A stretch of 64,000 nt of DNA, taken from the sequence record MT446387.1; one strand, 5' to 3'. This DNA comes from Escherichia phage TH09. The position numbers and the translations under genes were made by a program. Shown here piece by piece: positions 10,899 through 24,691 of the stretch. How positions within the stretch are numbered: the stretch's first letter is position 1; each line of letters starts with the position of its first letter. The notes below the pieces were generated by a model. It was not told where the DNA came from. It worked only from the letters and a program-made list of their open reading frames with translations, and ran no database searches.

Positions 10899-11807
10899 AT
10901 GTTTAAACGTAAATCTACTGCTGAACTCGCTGCACAAATGGCTAAATTGGCTGGAAATAAAGGTGGTTTTTCTTCTGAAGATAAAGGCGAGTGGAAACTG
11001 AAACTCGATAATGCGGGTAACGGTCAAGCAGTAATTCGTTTTCTTCCGTCTAAAAATGATGAACAAGCACCATTCGCAATTCTTGTAAATCACGGTTTCA
11101 AGAAAAATGGTAAATGGTATATTGAAAACTGTTCATCTACCCACGGTGATTACGATTCTTGCCCAGTATGTCAATACATTAGTAAAAATGATCTGTACAA
11201 CACTGACAATAAAGAGTACAGTCTTGTTAAACGTAAAACTTCTTACTGGGCTAACATTCTTGTTGTAAAAGACCCAGCTGCTCCAGAAAACGAAGGTAAA
11301 GTATTTAAATATCGTTTCGGTAAGAAAATCTGGGATAAAATCAACGCGATGATTGCGGTTGATGTTGAAATGGGTGAAACTCCAGTTGATGTAACTTGTC
11401 CGTGGGAAGGTGCTAACTTTGTACTGAAAGTTAAACAGGTTTCTGGATTTAGTAACTACGATGAATCTAAATTCCTGAATCAATCTGCGATTCCAAACAT
11501 TGACGATGAATCTTTCCAGAAAGAACTGTTCGAACAAATGGTTGACCTTTCTGAAATGACTTCTAAAGATAAATTCAAATCATTTGAAGAACTGAGCACT
11601 AAATTCGGTCAAGTTATGGGAACTGCTGTGATGGGCGGTGCCGCTGCAACTGCTGCTAAGAAAGCTGATAAAGTTGCTGATGATTTGGATGCATTCAATG
11701 TTGATGACTTCAATACAAAAACTGAAGATGATTTTATGAGCTCAAGCTCTGGTAGTTCATCTAGTGCTGATGACACGGACCTGGATGACCTTTTGAATGA
11801 CCTTTAA
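10899..11807 (+). CDS. 32: ssDNA-binding protein gp32 (302 aa)
   Basis: Sequence recognised as T4 gp32 ([24 protein letters not shown] ... acidic C-terminus [11 protein letters not shown]...DDLLNDL). Confidence 0.97.
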   Translation: MFKRKSTAELAAQMAKLAGNKGGFSSEDKGEWKLKLDNAGNGQAVIRFLPSKNDEQAPFAILVNHGFKKNGKWYIENCSSTHGDYDSCPVCQYISKNDLYNTDNKEYSLVKRKTSYWANILVVKDPAAPENEGKVFKYRFGKKIWDKINAMIAVDVEMGETPVDVTCPWEGANFVLKVKQVSGFSNYDESKFLNQSAIPNIDDESFQKELFEQMVDLSEMTSKDKFKSFEELSTKFGQVMGTAVMGGAAATAAKKADKVADDLDAFNVDDFNTKTEDDFMSSSSGSSSSADDTDLDDLLNDL

Positions 11808-11829
11808 TAGATTATATTACTAATTAATT

Positions 11830-11855
11830 GGGGACCCTAGAGGTCCCCTTTTTTT
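11830..11855 (+). terminator. Intrinsic terminator after gene 32
   Basis: GGGGACC-cuaga-GGUCCCC followed by a 7-U run. Confidence 0.85.
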
Positions 11856-11880
11856 ATTTCAAAAATTTTTTCACAAAACG

Positions 11881-11910
11881 GTTTACATCCTTGTCCTTCC
11901 ATGGTACTAT
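11881..11910 (+). promoter_or_regulatory. Early promoter
   Basis: GTTTAC -35, 18 nt, TACTAT -10; followed by SD gagga and ATG 11954. Confidence 0.55.
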
Positions 11911-11953
11911 ACAACTATCGGCAATACTGCTGATGATTAAAGAGGAAAATAAT

Positions 11954-12181
11954 ATGGCTAAAGTTGATATTGACATTGTTGATTTTGAATATATTGAAGA
12001 GATTATTCGTAATCGTTATCCTGAACTTAGTATCACAAGCGTACAAGATTCTAAGTTTTGGAGTATTCAAATCGTTATTGAAGGTCCTCTTGAAGACCTC
12101 ACCCGCTTTATGGCTAATGAATATTGTGATGGCATGGATTCTGAAGACGCAGAATTTTACATGGGATTGATTGAACAATAA
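11954..12181 (+). CDS. Hypothetical protein (75 aa)
   Basis: ATG with SD agagga; acidic small protein; followed by hairpin AGGGGCU-cuauca-AGCCCCU at 12187-12207. Confidence 0.6.
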   Translation: MAKVDIDIVDFEYIEEIIRNRYPELSITSVQDSKFWSIQIVIEGPLEDLTRFMANEYCDGMDSEDAEFYMGLIEQ

Positions 12182-12227
12182 TTATCAAGGGGCTCTATCA
12201 AGCCCCTATCAAAATGAGGAAACCGTA

Positions 12228-12608
12228 ATGTATATCGGCAAAAAGTATGAGCTTGTTCCAAGACTTATTGATACATTTATTAATTATAGCCCACGTTCTA
12301 ATTCATCAATCGTTAAAGCTATTCGAGATAATGGCGGATGGTTTGAAGTTAAAGAAGTTTCCGTCGCTAATGGATATAAAGCAGTAAAACACATTGAATG
12401 CGCAAATGGAAAGCATTTTTACCTTAAAGATAGACTTTTAGAAATTTGCGAAGATGAATTTCATTGTTTTCGTGAGTATAAAGAACCGACTTCTGAAGAA
12501 GATGAAGTCAAAGACAAGGTTTCTGGCGTAACAAAAATTCACTGCATTGTTGACGAAAACAATGTAGATGAAATCATTGAACTTTTGCGAAAAACTTTTA
12601 AGGCCTAA
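12228..12608 (+). CDS. Hypothetical protein (126 aa)
   Basis: ATG at 12228 with SD gagga (track start 12171 is TTG). Confidence 0.55.
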   Translation: MYIGKKYELVPRLIDTFINYSPRSNSSIVKAIRDNGGWFEVKEVSVANGYKAVKHIECANGKHFYLKDRLLEICEDEFHCFREYKEPTSEEDEVKDKVSGVTKIHCIVDENNVDEIIELLRKTFKA

Positions 12609-12609
12609 T

Positions 12610-12870
12610 ATGACTAAAGATGATTTCCTGGATGCGGTAGAAAAAGCTAGTGAGAAATTTGAAGTGATGGGTGTACGGGTCCACAAAGACAGAAATTACG
12701 GGCTCGATATTCAAACGTATTCGTTATGGCTTGTGGGTGAACACAGTCTTGTAACCAGTTTAGTTATGGGTGTCGATACCTATCCTCTATTGGTTAAGTT
12801 CAGAAGTATGGAAAAGGCTACTAAAGAAATGATTAAGCTTGGTAAGTGGCTCGATAAAATTCAAAAATAA
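12610..12870 (+). CDS. Hypothetical protein (86 aa)
   Basis: ATG overlapping upstream stop (taATAtg); track start 12568 lies inside the previous ORF. Confidence 0.5.
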   Translation: MTKDDFLDAVEKASEKFEVMGVRVHKDRNYGLDIQTYSLWLVGEHSLVTSLVMGVDTYPLLVKFRSMEKATKEMIKLGKWLDKIQK

Positions 12871-12872
12871 TT

Positions 12873-12933
12873 GTTTACAACAGGGTAGTAGTGTGATACT
12901 ATTACCCTATCAACTACTGAGGAGAATAAAATG
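12873..12933 (+). promoter_or_regulatory. Early promoter cassette with inverted repeat
   Basis: TTGTTTAC -35; 10-bp inverted repeat 12883-12892/12898-12907 whose right arm carries the -10 TACTAT; leader ends GAGGAGAATAAAATG. Confidence 0.55.
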
Positions 12934-13173
12934 AGATTACAACGCCAAAGCATCAAAGATTCAGAAGTTAGAGGTAAATGGTATTTTAATATCATCGGTA
13001 AAGATTCTGAACTTGTTGAAAAAGCTGAACATCTTTTGCGTGATATGGGATGGGAAGATGAATGTGATAGATGCCCTCTTTATGAGGATGGAGAAAGCGC
13101 AGGATTCTGGATTTACCATTCTGACGTCGAGCAGTTTAAAGCTGATTGGAAAATTGTGAAAAAGTCTATTTGA
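12931..13173 (+). CDS. Hypothetical protein (80 aa)
   Basis: ORF track; ATG with SD gaggag. Confidence 0.6.
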   Translation: MRLQRQSIKDSEVRGKWYFNIIGKDSELVEKAEHLLRDMGWEDECDRCPLYEDGESAGFWIYHSDVEQFKADWKIVKKSI

Positions 13174-13183
13174 GGAAAATATT

Positions 13184-13539
13184 ATGTCTGACATTCATGT
13201 AGCTGGAATTGCTCGAGTAAGTATTCGTTGCCAACTTAAAACTGCGCCTGGGACGGCTTATATTAATTTATCACACGACCTATGTTCTAGTGAAAGACCA
13301 TTAACTGGTGTAATTACGTTTTACGCTGGAGTTGGCGGAAACGAATTTATTGTAGGCGAATTTGTTGGCTGTAAATTAAAAGTTCAGAAAAATGTGTTAG
13401 AACTTTTTAGCGATCTTTATGGTGATAGTGATGAAGTTTTTGATGAAATCGCGCAAGCAGTTAACAGAGGAATGGTAATTTTAGTTAAAATGATTAAAGA
13501 TAGCGGATTTGCTTCTGGCCCCTTTCAGTGGGAGGTAAT

Positions 13540-13543
<4 letters not shown>
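13184..13543 (+). CDS. Hypothetical protein (119 aa)
   Basis: ORF track; ATG with SD gagga. Confidence 0.6.
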
Positions 13544-14366
<823 letters not shown>

Positions 14367-14386
14367 AATAATACGTGGCGGAAAAT

Positions 14387-14734
14387 ATGAATTTTAATTA
14401 TTACCCTATTCTATTAGAAAAAGACGCGAAACAACCAAAATGGCAGGGTCCTCAGTTTATTAAAGGCGTCTATCAATTAATAGTTCCTAAAGACAAAATT
14501 TATAGCAGTTGTTTCACTGAATCCGCTTGCAGTATTTTTGGTAATAGTTCTCCGTATTGGAATTTTGATATAAAGCTTGACAGAAATATCGATATTTGGT
14601 TGAAAGCTATGGATATTGGTAATATCACGTTTGATGAGAATAATTATCATATTATTGGTCGCTTTTCCAAACGCGGTAAAGAATTATATTTCACGCCTGA
14701 AATTGAGAGAAAATTTGATGCTAAACCGTATTGA
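14387..14734 (+). CDS. Hypothetical protein (115 aa) between frd and td
   Basis: ATG at 14387 (track begins at GTG 14375); no recognisable motif. Confidence 0.5.
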   Translation: MNFNYYPILLEKDAKQPKWQGPQFIKGVYQLIVPKDKIYSSCFTESACSIFGNSSPYWNFDIKLDRNIDIWLKAMDIGNITFDENNYHIIGRFSKRGKELYFTPEIERKFDAKPY

Positions 14735-14779
14735 TTATTTAGCTTCATAAAATGTATTATAATTTATATAAGGTACTAA

Positions 14780-15640
14780 ATGAAACAATACCAAGATTTA
14801 ATTAAAGACATTTTTGAAAATGGTTATGAAACCGATGACCGAACAGGCACAGGAACAATTGCTTTGTTCGGTACTAAATTGCGTTGGGATTTAACCAAAG
14901 GTTTTCCTGCAGTAACAACTAAAAAGCTCGCCTGGAATGCATGCATTGCTGAGTTAATATGGTTTTTGTCAGGAAGCACAAATGTCAATGATTTACGATT
15001 AATTCAGCATGATTCATTAATCCAAGGCAAAACAGTTTGGGATGAAAATTACGAAAATCAGGCAAAAGATTTAGGATACCATAGCGGTGAACTTGGTCCA
15101 ATTTATGGAAAACAATGGCGTGATTTTGGCGGTGTAGACCAAATTATAGAAGTTGTTGATCGTATTAAAAAACTGCCAAATGATAGGCGTCAAATTGTTT
15201 CTGCGTGGAATCCAGCTGAACTTAAATATATGGCATTACCGCCTTGTCATATGTTCTATCAGTTTAATGTGCGTAATGGCTATTTAGATTTGCAGTGGTA
15301 TCAACGTTCGGTAGATGTTTTCCTCGGTCTTCCATTTAATATTGCATCATATGCTACGTTAGTTCATATTGTAGCTAAAATGTGTAATCTTATTCCTGGA
15401 GATTTGATATTTTCTGGTGGTAATACTCATATCTATATGAATCACGTAGAACAATGTAAAGAAATTTTACGTCGTGAACCTATGGATTTATGCGAATTAC
15501 AGTTAAAATTTCCAGATGAATTTGATGAATGGGACACAGAATCGCAGGTATTTTGGTTGAGTCAATTTGCAAAGCCTCATAATTTTGTTCTTAACAACTA
15601 TGTATCTCATCTGCCAATTAAAGGAAAAATGGCGGTGTAA
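14780..15640 (+). CDS. td: Thymidylate synthase (286 aa), uninterrupted
   Basis: Full-length contiguous ORF with TS active-site region (PPCH); no intron. Confidence 0.93.
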
Positions 15641-15660
15641 TTTTATTATTGCGAGGATGT

Positions 15661-15924
15661 ATGATTTTACGATTTAAAGATACTTCTGGCGTTGTTCTTT
15701 TTACACTTCCTAACCCAAGCGAGTTAGAAGTTCCAGGACCAGAACAGCCTATTACCATTTATGGTAAAAAATACTACACTCATAAAATGACTCGTGAGTA
15801 TTTTGATAATAAAATTTCCACAGTTAAAACTTCTTCTGACTGTTACTATGATATTACTGTATTAACGGAAAAACAGTATGACGAATTATTCCAGCGTGGG
15901 CCGTCTATGCCGGGTAGTGAATAA
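15661..15924 (+). CDS. Hypothetical protein (87 aa)
   Basis: ATG 15661 with SD gagg (track start 15649 is TTG). Confidence 0.5.
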
Positions 15925-16204
15925 ATACAAATCCGACTTTGATGTTAATATTCACCGTGGTACATTTTGGGGAAATTACGTCGGTAAAGATGCTGGCAGC
16001 CGGGAGGCTGCCATTGAATTATTCAAAAAAGATTTTATACGTCGAATTAAATCCGGAGAAATAACTAAAGCACATTTAGAGCCTTTACGTGGAATGAGGC
16101 TAGGATGCACATGTAAACCAAAGCCGTGTCATGGTGATATAATAGCTCATATAGTTAACCGATTGTTTAAAGACGATTTTCAAGTTGAGGACTTATGCAA
16201 TTAA
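15878..16204 (+). CDS. Hypothetical protein (108 aa) with Cys/His cluster
   Basis: ORF track; ATG verified; motif [12 protein letters not shown]; overlaps the previous ORF by 47 nt so the true start is uncertain. Confidence 0.5.
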
Positions 16205-18459
16205 TTAATGTTATCAAAAGTAGTGGTGTTTCTCAGAGCTTTGACCCGCAAAAAATTATTAAAGTTTTATCTTGGGCAGCTGAAGGAACATCAGTAGATC
16301 CTTATGAATTATATGAAAATATTAAATCATATCTCCGTGATGGAATGACCACTGATGACATTCAGACTATTGTCATTAAGGCTGCTGCGAATTCTATTTC
16401 GGTTGAAGAGCCTGATTATCAATACGTAGCTGCACGCTGTTTAATGTTCGCTCTTCGTAAGCATGTTTATGGTCAGTATGAACCATGCTCATTTATTGAC
16501 CATATTTCTTACTGTGTAAATGAAGGTAAATACGACCCTGAATTGTTGTCAAAATATTCTGCCGAAGAAATTACATTTTTAGAATCAAAAATTAAGCATG
16601 AGCGGGATATGGAATTTACTTATTCCGGGGCGATGCAATTAAAAGAAAAATATCTAGTTAAAGATAAAACCACTGGTCAAATTTATGAAACTCCACAGTT
16701 TGCATTTATGACTATTGGAATGGCATTGCATCAAGATGAACCTGTTGATAGATTAAAACATGTTATTCGTTTTTATGAAGCAGTATCTACTCGACAGATT
16801 TCATTGCCAACTCCTATTATGGCTGGTTGTCGTACTCCGACTCGACAGTTTAGTTCATGCGTTGTTATTGAGGCAGGTGATTCATTAAAGTCTATCAATA
16901 AGGCTTCCGCTTCAATTGTTGAATATATCTCTAAACGCGCTGGAATTGGTATTAACGTTGGTATGATTCGTGCCGAAGGTTCTAAGATTGGCATGGGTGA
17001 AGTACGCCATACTGGTGTTATTCCTTTTTGGAAACATTTTCAGACTGCAGTTAAATCATGTTCACAGGGTGGAATTCGTGGCGGCGCTGCTACTGCTTAT
17101 TATCCTATTTGGCATTTGGAAGTTGAAAATCTTCTCGTTTTGAAAAATAACAAAGGCGTAGAAGAAAACCGCATTCGTCATATGGATTATGGTGTTCAGC
17201 TGAATGATTTGATGATGGAACGATTCGGAAAGAACGATTACATTACTTTGTTCAGTCCGCATGAAATGGGTGGCGAGCTTTATTATTCTTATTTTAAAGA
17301 CCAAGACCGTTTCCGTGAATTATACGAAGCAGCAGAAAAAGACCCTAATATTCGTAAAAAGCGTATTAAAGCCCGTGAACTATTTGAATTGCTCATGACT
17401 GAACGCTCAGGAACAGCAAGGATTTATGTACAGTTCATTGATAATACGAATAACTATACTCCGTTTATTCGTGAAAAGGCACCTATTCGTCAGAGTAACT
17501 TGTGCTGTGAAATTGCTATTCCAACAAATGATGTGAATAGTCCTGATGCTGAAATTGGATTGTGCACGTTATCTGCATTTGTGTTAGATAACTTCGATTG
17601 GCAAGACCAAGATAAAATTAATGAATTAGCAGAAGTCCAAGTTCGTGCTCTTGATAATCTTTTGGATTACCAAGGATATCCAGTTCCTGAAGCAGAAAAA
17701 GCTAAAAAGCGTCGAAACCTCGGTGTAGGTGTTACTAACTATGCAGCTTGGCTGGCAAGTAACTTTGCTTCTTATGAAGATGCTAACGATTTAACACATG
17801 AACTATTTGAGAGATTACAGTATGGACTCATTAAAGCATCCATTAAGCTCGCCAAAGAAAAAGGACCTTGCGAATATTATTCAGACACTCGTTGGTCTCG
17901 AGGCGAATTACCTATCGACTGGTACAATAAAAAGATTGACCAAATCGCAGCTCCAAAATACGTTTGTGACTGGTCGTCGCTGCGGGAAGACCTTAAGCTC
18001 TTTGGCATCCGTAATAGCACATTATCAGCACTTATGCCATGTGAGTCATCTTCCCAAGTTTCTAACAGTACAAACGGTATCGAGCCTCCACGTGGACCAG
18101 TCTCTGTTAAAGAATCAAAAGAGGGCTCCTTTAATCAAGTCGTGCCCAATATTGAGCATAACATAGACCTCTATGATTATACATGGAAATTAGCTAAGAA
18201 AGGTAATAAACCTTATCTTACGCAGGTAGCTATTATGCTGAAATGGGTTTGTCAATCAGCTTCGGCGAATACATATTATGACCCACAGATTTTTCCAAAA
18301 GGAAAGGTTCCAATGTCAATAATGATTGATGACCTTTTGTATTTTTGGTATTTTGGCGGAAAAAATTTCTATTATCATAATACCCGTGATGGTTCTGGTA
18401 CTGATGATTATGAAATAGAAACTCCAAAAGCTGAAGATTGTTCATCCTGTAAATTATGA
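16195..18459 (+). CDS. nrdA: Aerobic ribonucleotide reductase large subunit (754 aa)
   Basis: Length identical to T4 NrdA; synteny. Confidence 0.93.
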   Translation: MQLINVIKSSGVSQSFDPQKIIKVLSWAAEGTSVDPYELYENIKSYLRDGMTTDDIQTIVIKAAANSISVEEPDYQYVAARCLMFALRKHVYGQYEPCSFIDHISYCVNEGKYDPELLSKYSAEEITFLESKIKHERDMEFTYSGAMQLKEKYLVKDKTTGQIYETPQFAFMTIGMALHQDEPVDRLKHVIRFYEAVSTRQISLPTPIMAGCRTPTRQFSSCVVIEAGDSLKSINKASASIVEYISKRAGIGINVGMIRAEGSKIGMGEVRHTGVIPFWKHFQTAVKSCSQGGIRGGAATAYYPIWHLEVENLLVLKNNKGVEENRIRHMDYGVQLNDLMMERFGKNDYITLFSPHEMGGELYYSYFKDQDRFRELYEAAEKDPNIRKKRIKARELFELLMTERSGTARIYVQFIDNTNNYTPFIREKAPIRQSNLCCEIAIPTNDVNSPDAEIGLCTLSAFVLDNFDWQDQDKINELAEVQVRALDNLLDYQGYPVPEAEKAKKRRNLGVGVTNYAAWLASNFASYEDANDLTHELFERLQYGLIKASIKLAKEKGPCEYYSDTRWSRGELPIDWYNKKIDQIAAPKYVCDWSSLREDLKLFGIRNSTLSALMPCESSSQVSNSTNGIEPPRGPVSVKESKEGSFNQVVPNIEHNIDLYDYTWKLAKKGNKPYLTQVAIMLKWVCQSASANTYYDPQIFPKGKVPMSIMIDDLLYFWYFGGKNFYYHNTRDGSGTDDYEIETPKAEDCSSCKL

Positions 18460-18510
18460 TATAATTTGACTCATGGACGAGTCACTATCTATTAACTAAG
18501 TGGAAAATTT

Positions 18511-19689
18511 ATGAGCACAGTTTTTAATACAAATCCAGTTGATGTTTTAAAAGAACCTATGTTTTTTGGTTCAGGTCTTGGTATTGCGCGTTATGATATT
18601 CAACGTCATAAAGTTTTTGAAGATTTAACCGAAAAGCAGTTGTCATTTTTCTGGCGCCCTGAAGAAGTAAACTTAATGATGGATGCTGCGCAATTTAACA
18701 AGCTTCCTCAATATCAGCAAGATATTTTTACTAACAACCTGAAGTATCAATCACTTCTAGATAGCATTCAGGGTCGTGCGCCGTCTGCTGTACTTATGTC
18801 ATTAATTTCAGACCCAAGCCTTGATACATGGGTTGCTACATGGACTTTTAGTGAAACTATTCACAGTCGTTCATACACTCATATTATGCGAAATCTTTAT
18901 ACTGATCCGTCAAAGGTATTTGATGAGATTGTATTAGATAAAGCTATCATGAAACGTGCTGAATCTATTGGTCGTTATTATGATGATGTTCTGATTAAAA
19001 CTCGTTATTGGGAAAACGCTAAAGCTGATATTGAGTACCAAAAAGAAATTAACGCAGACGAAGATGATATTAAAGATGCCATAGAGCATGAAATGTATTG
19101 GAAACGTGAACTAATGCGCTCTCTTTACCTCTGCCTGCACGTAATCAACGCATTGGAAGCTATTCGTTTTTATGTATCTTTTGCATGTACCTTTAACTTC
19201 CACAAGAATATGGAAATCATGGAAGGTAATGCCAAGATTATGAAGTTCATTGCACGTGATGAGCAGCTTCATCTTAAAGGTACACAATATATTATTCGTC
19301 AACTTCAACTTGGCACTGATGGTGATGAATGGGTTAAAATTGCCAAAGAGTGTGAACAAGAAGCAGTTGATATTTTCATGGAAGTTAACCGCCAAGAAAA
19401 AGATTGGGCAGTTCATTTATTTAAAGATGGCGATGTTCCTGGATTAAATACAAATAGCATGTGGAGCTTTATTGATTACTTAACTGTATCTCGTATGAAA
19501 CAGTGCGGTCTTCCATGCCCAATTACCGATGCTCCGGTTAAACATCCATATCCTTGGATTCGTGAATACCTTAATTCTGATAATGTTCAATCCGCGCCGC
19601 AAGAAGTAGAACTGTCATCTTACCTTGTTGCACAGATTGATAATGATGTTGATGATAAAGTTATGATGAGTTTTAAAAAATATTTTTAA
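18511..19689 (+). CDS. nrdB: Ribonucleotide reductase small subunit (392 aa), uninterrupted
   Basis: Contiguous ORF of about T4 NrdB size; no intron; only 51 bp separates it from nrdA. Confidence 0.9.
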   Translation: MSTVFNTNPVDVLKEPMFFGSGLGIARYDIQRHKVFEDLTEKQLSFFWRPEEVNLMMDAAQFNKLPQYQQDIFTNNLKYQSLLDSIQGRAPSAVLMSLISDPSLDTWVATWTFSETIHSRSYTHIMRNLYTDPSKVFDEIVLDKAIMKRAESIGRYYDDVLIKTRYWENAKADIEYQKEINADEDDIKDAIEHEMYWKRELMRSLYLCLHVINALEAIRFYVSFACTFNFHKNMEIMEGNAKIMKFIARDEQLHLKGTQYIIRQLQLGTDGDEWVKIAKECEQEAVDIFMEVNRQEKDWAVHLFKDGDVPGLNTNSMWSFIDYLTVSRMKQCGLPCPITDAPVKHPYPWIREYLNSDNVQSAPQEVELSSYLVAQIDNDVDDKVMMSFKKYF

Positions 19690-19716
19690 GGAGTGGGTCG
19701 CAAGGCCCATTTTATT

Positions 19717-21304
<1,588 letters not shown>

Positions 21305-21307
21305 GCT

Positions 21308-21361
21308 GTTTACAAGTCCCTCGTGTTGTGTTATAGTAATCTTACTGACATAACATGAGGA
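21308..21361 (+). repeat. 54-bp early promoter/leader cassette, copy A (identical to 37055-37108)
   Basis: gtttacaagtccctcgtgttgtgttatagtaatcttactgacataacatgagga; GTTTAC -35, TATAGT -10, 9-bp inverted repeat cctcgtgtt/aacatgagg whose right arm overlaps the SD. Confidence 0.9.
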
Positions 21362-21368
21362 CTTTATG

Positions 21369-21872
21369 ATGGATTTGCAGCTTATTACTACTGAGATGGT
21401 CGTTGAAGCATACGGTGATACTACAGATGGGATTTCTGTATTTAAAGGAAATCGTCGAGTTGGATATATCACCGATCTTAAGAAAGATTTAGCTAAGCAA
21501 GTCAAGCGGAAAACGACCATTAAAGAATATCGAAATCGTCGTCTTGAGCAAGCCCGTGATATGCTTCCTGATGCGGTTGAGGAGATGAAAGTCTTTTTAG
21601 AAAATCAGCTTGCGAAATATGATTGTGATGTGTTCATTAATCAGACTCAACCTAATGTTCATATTAACAACTGTAAATGCTATATCATCGTTAATCCTTT
21701 AACGGGAAAACATCGTCTTGGAATTAGTAATCCAAATCGTAGCGCATCGGATATGGCAGAAGATGTTGAGGCATGCTTTAAAATTTCTAAATCTCCGGCT
21801 GAACATCATATTTTAATTAACGGTCTTTCTCAAGACGATATTATAGAGGTTATTAAAACTTTATGCAATTAA
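21369..21872 (+). CDS. alc: Alc, host transcription shutoff protein (167 aa)
   Basis: Starts MDLQLITTEMVVEAYGD; size as T4 Alc; synteny. Confidence 0.8.
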   Translation: MDLQLITTEMVVEAYGDTTDGISVFKGNRRVGYITDLKKDLAKQVKRKTTIKEYRNRRLEQARDMLPDAVEEMKVFLENQLAKYDCDVFINQTQPNVHINNCKCYIIVNPLTGKHRLGISNPNRSASDMAEDVEACFKISKSPAEHHILINGLSQDDIIEVIKTLCN

Positions 21873-22216
21873 GTAATACGACAGCAGGCTTGCTATTAAT
21901 TGTAATTGCATTAGGCGGAACTTCTTTAATTTTAAAAAATAAAATTGAAAGATTAGAAACGTCTGTTGTAGAAATTACAAAAACGGCCAATGAAAACGCT
22001 TTAGCATTAAATAATTTGCGAATTCAGTATAATTATATTGATGCGATGAATAATAAAAATCGTGAGGCAATTGCTGCTATTGAGCGTGAAAATGAAAAAC
22101 TGCGCAAAGACGCAAAGAAGGCGGATGTGGTGGCTCATAAGCCAGGATTGGTTGAAAAACAAATCAACAACTCCTTCAACAAGTTCACAGAAGACATCCA
22201 GGACCTTTCTAAATGA
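21863..22216 (+). CDS. i-spanin (117 aa)
   Basis: N-terminal TM helix (TAGLLLIVIALGGTSLIL) then coiled-coil; corresponds to T4 pseT.3. Confidence 0.7.
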   Translation: MQLSNTTAGLLLIVIALGGTSLILKNKIERLETSVVEITKTANENALALNNLRIQYNYIDAMNNKNREAIAAIERENEKLRKDAKKADVVAHKPGLVEKQINNSFNKFTEDIQDLSK

Positions 22217-22512
22217 TTAAACTATCAGCAGTAATATTATCTATTGGTCTTCTAGTTGGTTGTTCGACAAAGCCTCTAGAAGTAAAGAAAGAAACAGTTC
22301 ATCCTAATTGGCCTGTGCAAATAAAGTCATATGATGAAGCTAAACTATCTTGGCAGGTTAAAGTTATTGACGGTAAAGCTTGGGTCGGTATGCCATTTGA
22401 AGATTCTCAGGAATTTCGTATTTGGCTTAATGATGTAAAACGATATGTACATGACCAGAAAACTATGATATGTTATTATCGTCAAGAGTTAAAAGAGGAT
22501 AAATGTAAATGA
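22213..22512 (+). CDS. o-spanin lipoprotein (99 aa)
   Basis: Signal peptide with lipobox LLVGC-S; overlaps the i-spanin stop; corresponds to T4 pseT.2. Confidence 0.7.
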   Translation: MIKLSAVILSIGLLVGCSTKPLEVKKETVHPNWPVQIKSYDEAKLSWQVKVIDGKAWVGMPFEDSQEFRIWLNDVKRYVHDQKTMICYYRQELKEDKCK

Positions 22513-22735
22513 TTTCGTGGCATCAATTTGAACATCTCAAAGGATTGATTTATGAATCCGAGATGGCTGCAATGATTTATGGACGCCAGATTCAGCGGTT
22601 AGAATCTTTACCTCCAACTAATGATGTTTTATTAGCTCAATCACGTGCTAATCTTAAAAATGAATACCAAAATAAGTGGGGTAAAGCATCTAAAGACCTA
22701 CATGATTATATTCAATCATTGGTTGAGAAAAATAA

Positions 22736-22739
<4 letters not shown>
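22509..22739 (+). CDS. Hypothetical protein (76 aa)
   Basis: ORF track; ATGA overlap. Confidence 0.55.
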
Positions 22740-23960
<1,221 letters not shown>

Positions 23961-23961
<1 letters not shown>

Positions 23962-24158
23962 TGGCGTGGCATCATGAAACTTGGTCTATTGTTATTGTAA
24001 ATAGTGGTTTAGTTGGTACTAGTAATGGGCAATTTTGTGTATTCACTAGTGAAATCAGAGCTTGGGAGGAATGCCTTAAATTAAGAGAAAAGAATCCTGA
24101 TATTGAACTAACAGTAAAGAAAACTAAACTGCCTTTACCATGGAAAACTTATGAATAA
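23961..24158 (+). CDS. Hypothetical protein (65 aa)
   Basis: ATG overlapping the pseT stop (taATG); track shows a longer 23931 start. Confidence 0.45.
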
Positions 24159-24351
24159 TATAGAAAAGATTTATCGTCTTTGTGATAAAATTGAAAAAGA
24201 AAAGAAATATCTATTTTGTTTATGGCCTATTGTTGATGGAAGAGTAGGCTTAGATGTTCTTGATTATGAAACAGAAGATAAAGTAGATGGTTCAACTTTT
24301 GATAATGCGTTGGATGTTATTGATTGGCTTGAAGAAAATTATGTGAGGTAA
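24151..24351 (+). CDS. Hypothetical protein (66 aa)
   Basis: ORF track. Confidence 0.5.
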   Translation: MNNIEKIYRLCDKIEKEKKYLFCLWPIVDGRVGLDVLDYETEDKVDGSTFDNALDVIDWLEENYVR

Positions 24352-24353
24352 AT

Positions 24354-24629
24354 ATGTTTCCGACTTATTCTAAAATCGTAGAAGTAGTGTTTAGCCAAAT
24401 TATCGCTAATAATATGTTTGAAAAGCTTGATAACGCAGCCGAGCTTCGAATTCATGCTCAAGTGACTCATGTATTGAATACTTTGCTTCCAGACCAGGTT
24501 GATTCTATTGCCATTACGCTGTATCCAGGTTCCGCACATATCATTGTCGTATTCGGTCTTGATGCTGAGCTAGTCATCAAAGGCGATATTCGTTTTGAAT
24601 CACAGACATCAGAATTCAAGGCAATTTAA
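24354..24629 (+). CDS. Hypothetical protein (91 aa)
   Basis: ORF track. Confidence 0.5.
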   Translation: MFPTYSKIVEVVFSQIIANNMFEKLDNAAELRIHAQVTHVLNTLLPDQVDSIAITLYPGSAHIIVVFGLDAELVIKGDIRFESQTSEFKAI

Positions 24630-24631
24630 CA

Positions 24632-24670
24632 GTTTACTTTACGGTAGAGTTGTGATATTATAGCTCTACC
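24632..24670 (+). promoter_or_regulatory. Early promoter cassette with inverted repeat
   Basis: GTTTAC -35; inverted repeat GGTAGAG(24643-49)/CTCTACC(24664-70) with -10 TATTAT in the loop; SD and ATG 24692 follow. Confidence 0.55.
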
Positions 24671-24691
24671 AAAACAAATGAGGAAATTGAA

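Noticed and set aside
14780-15640. Searched for a group I intron and I-TevI ORF in td, and likewise in nrdB
   Set aside because: Both genes are contiguous full-length ORFs; no intron-sized insertion
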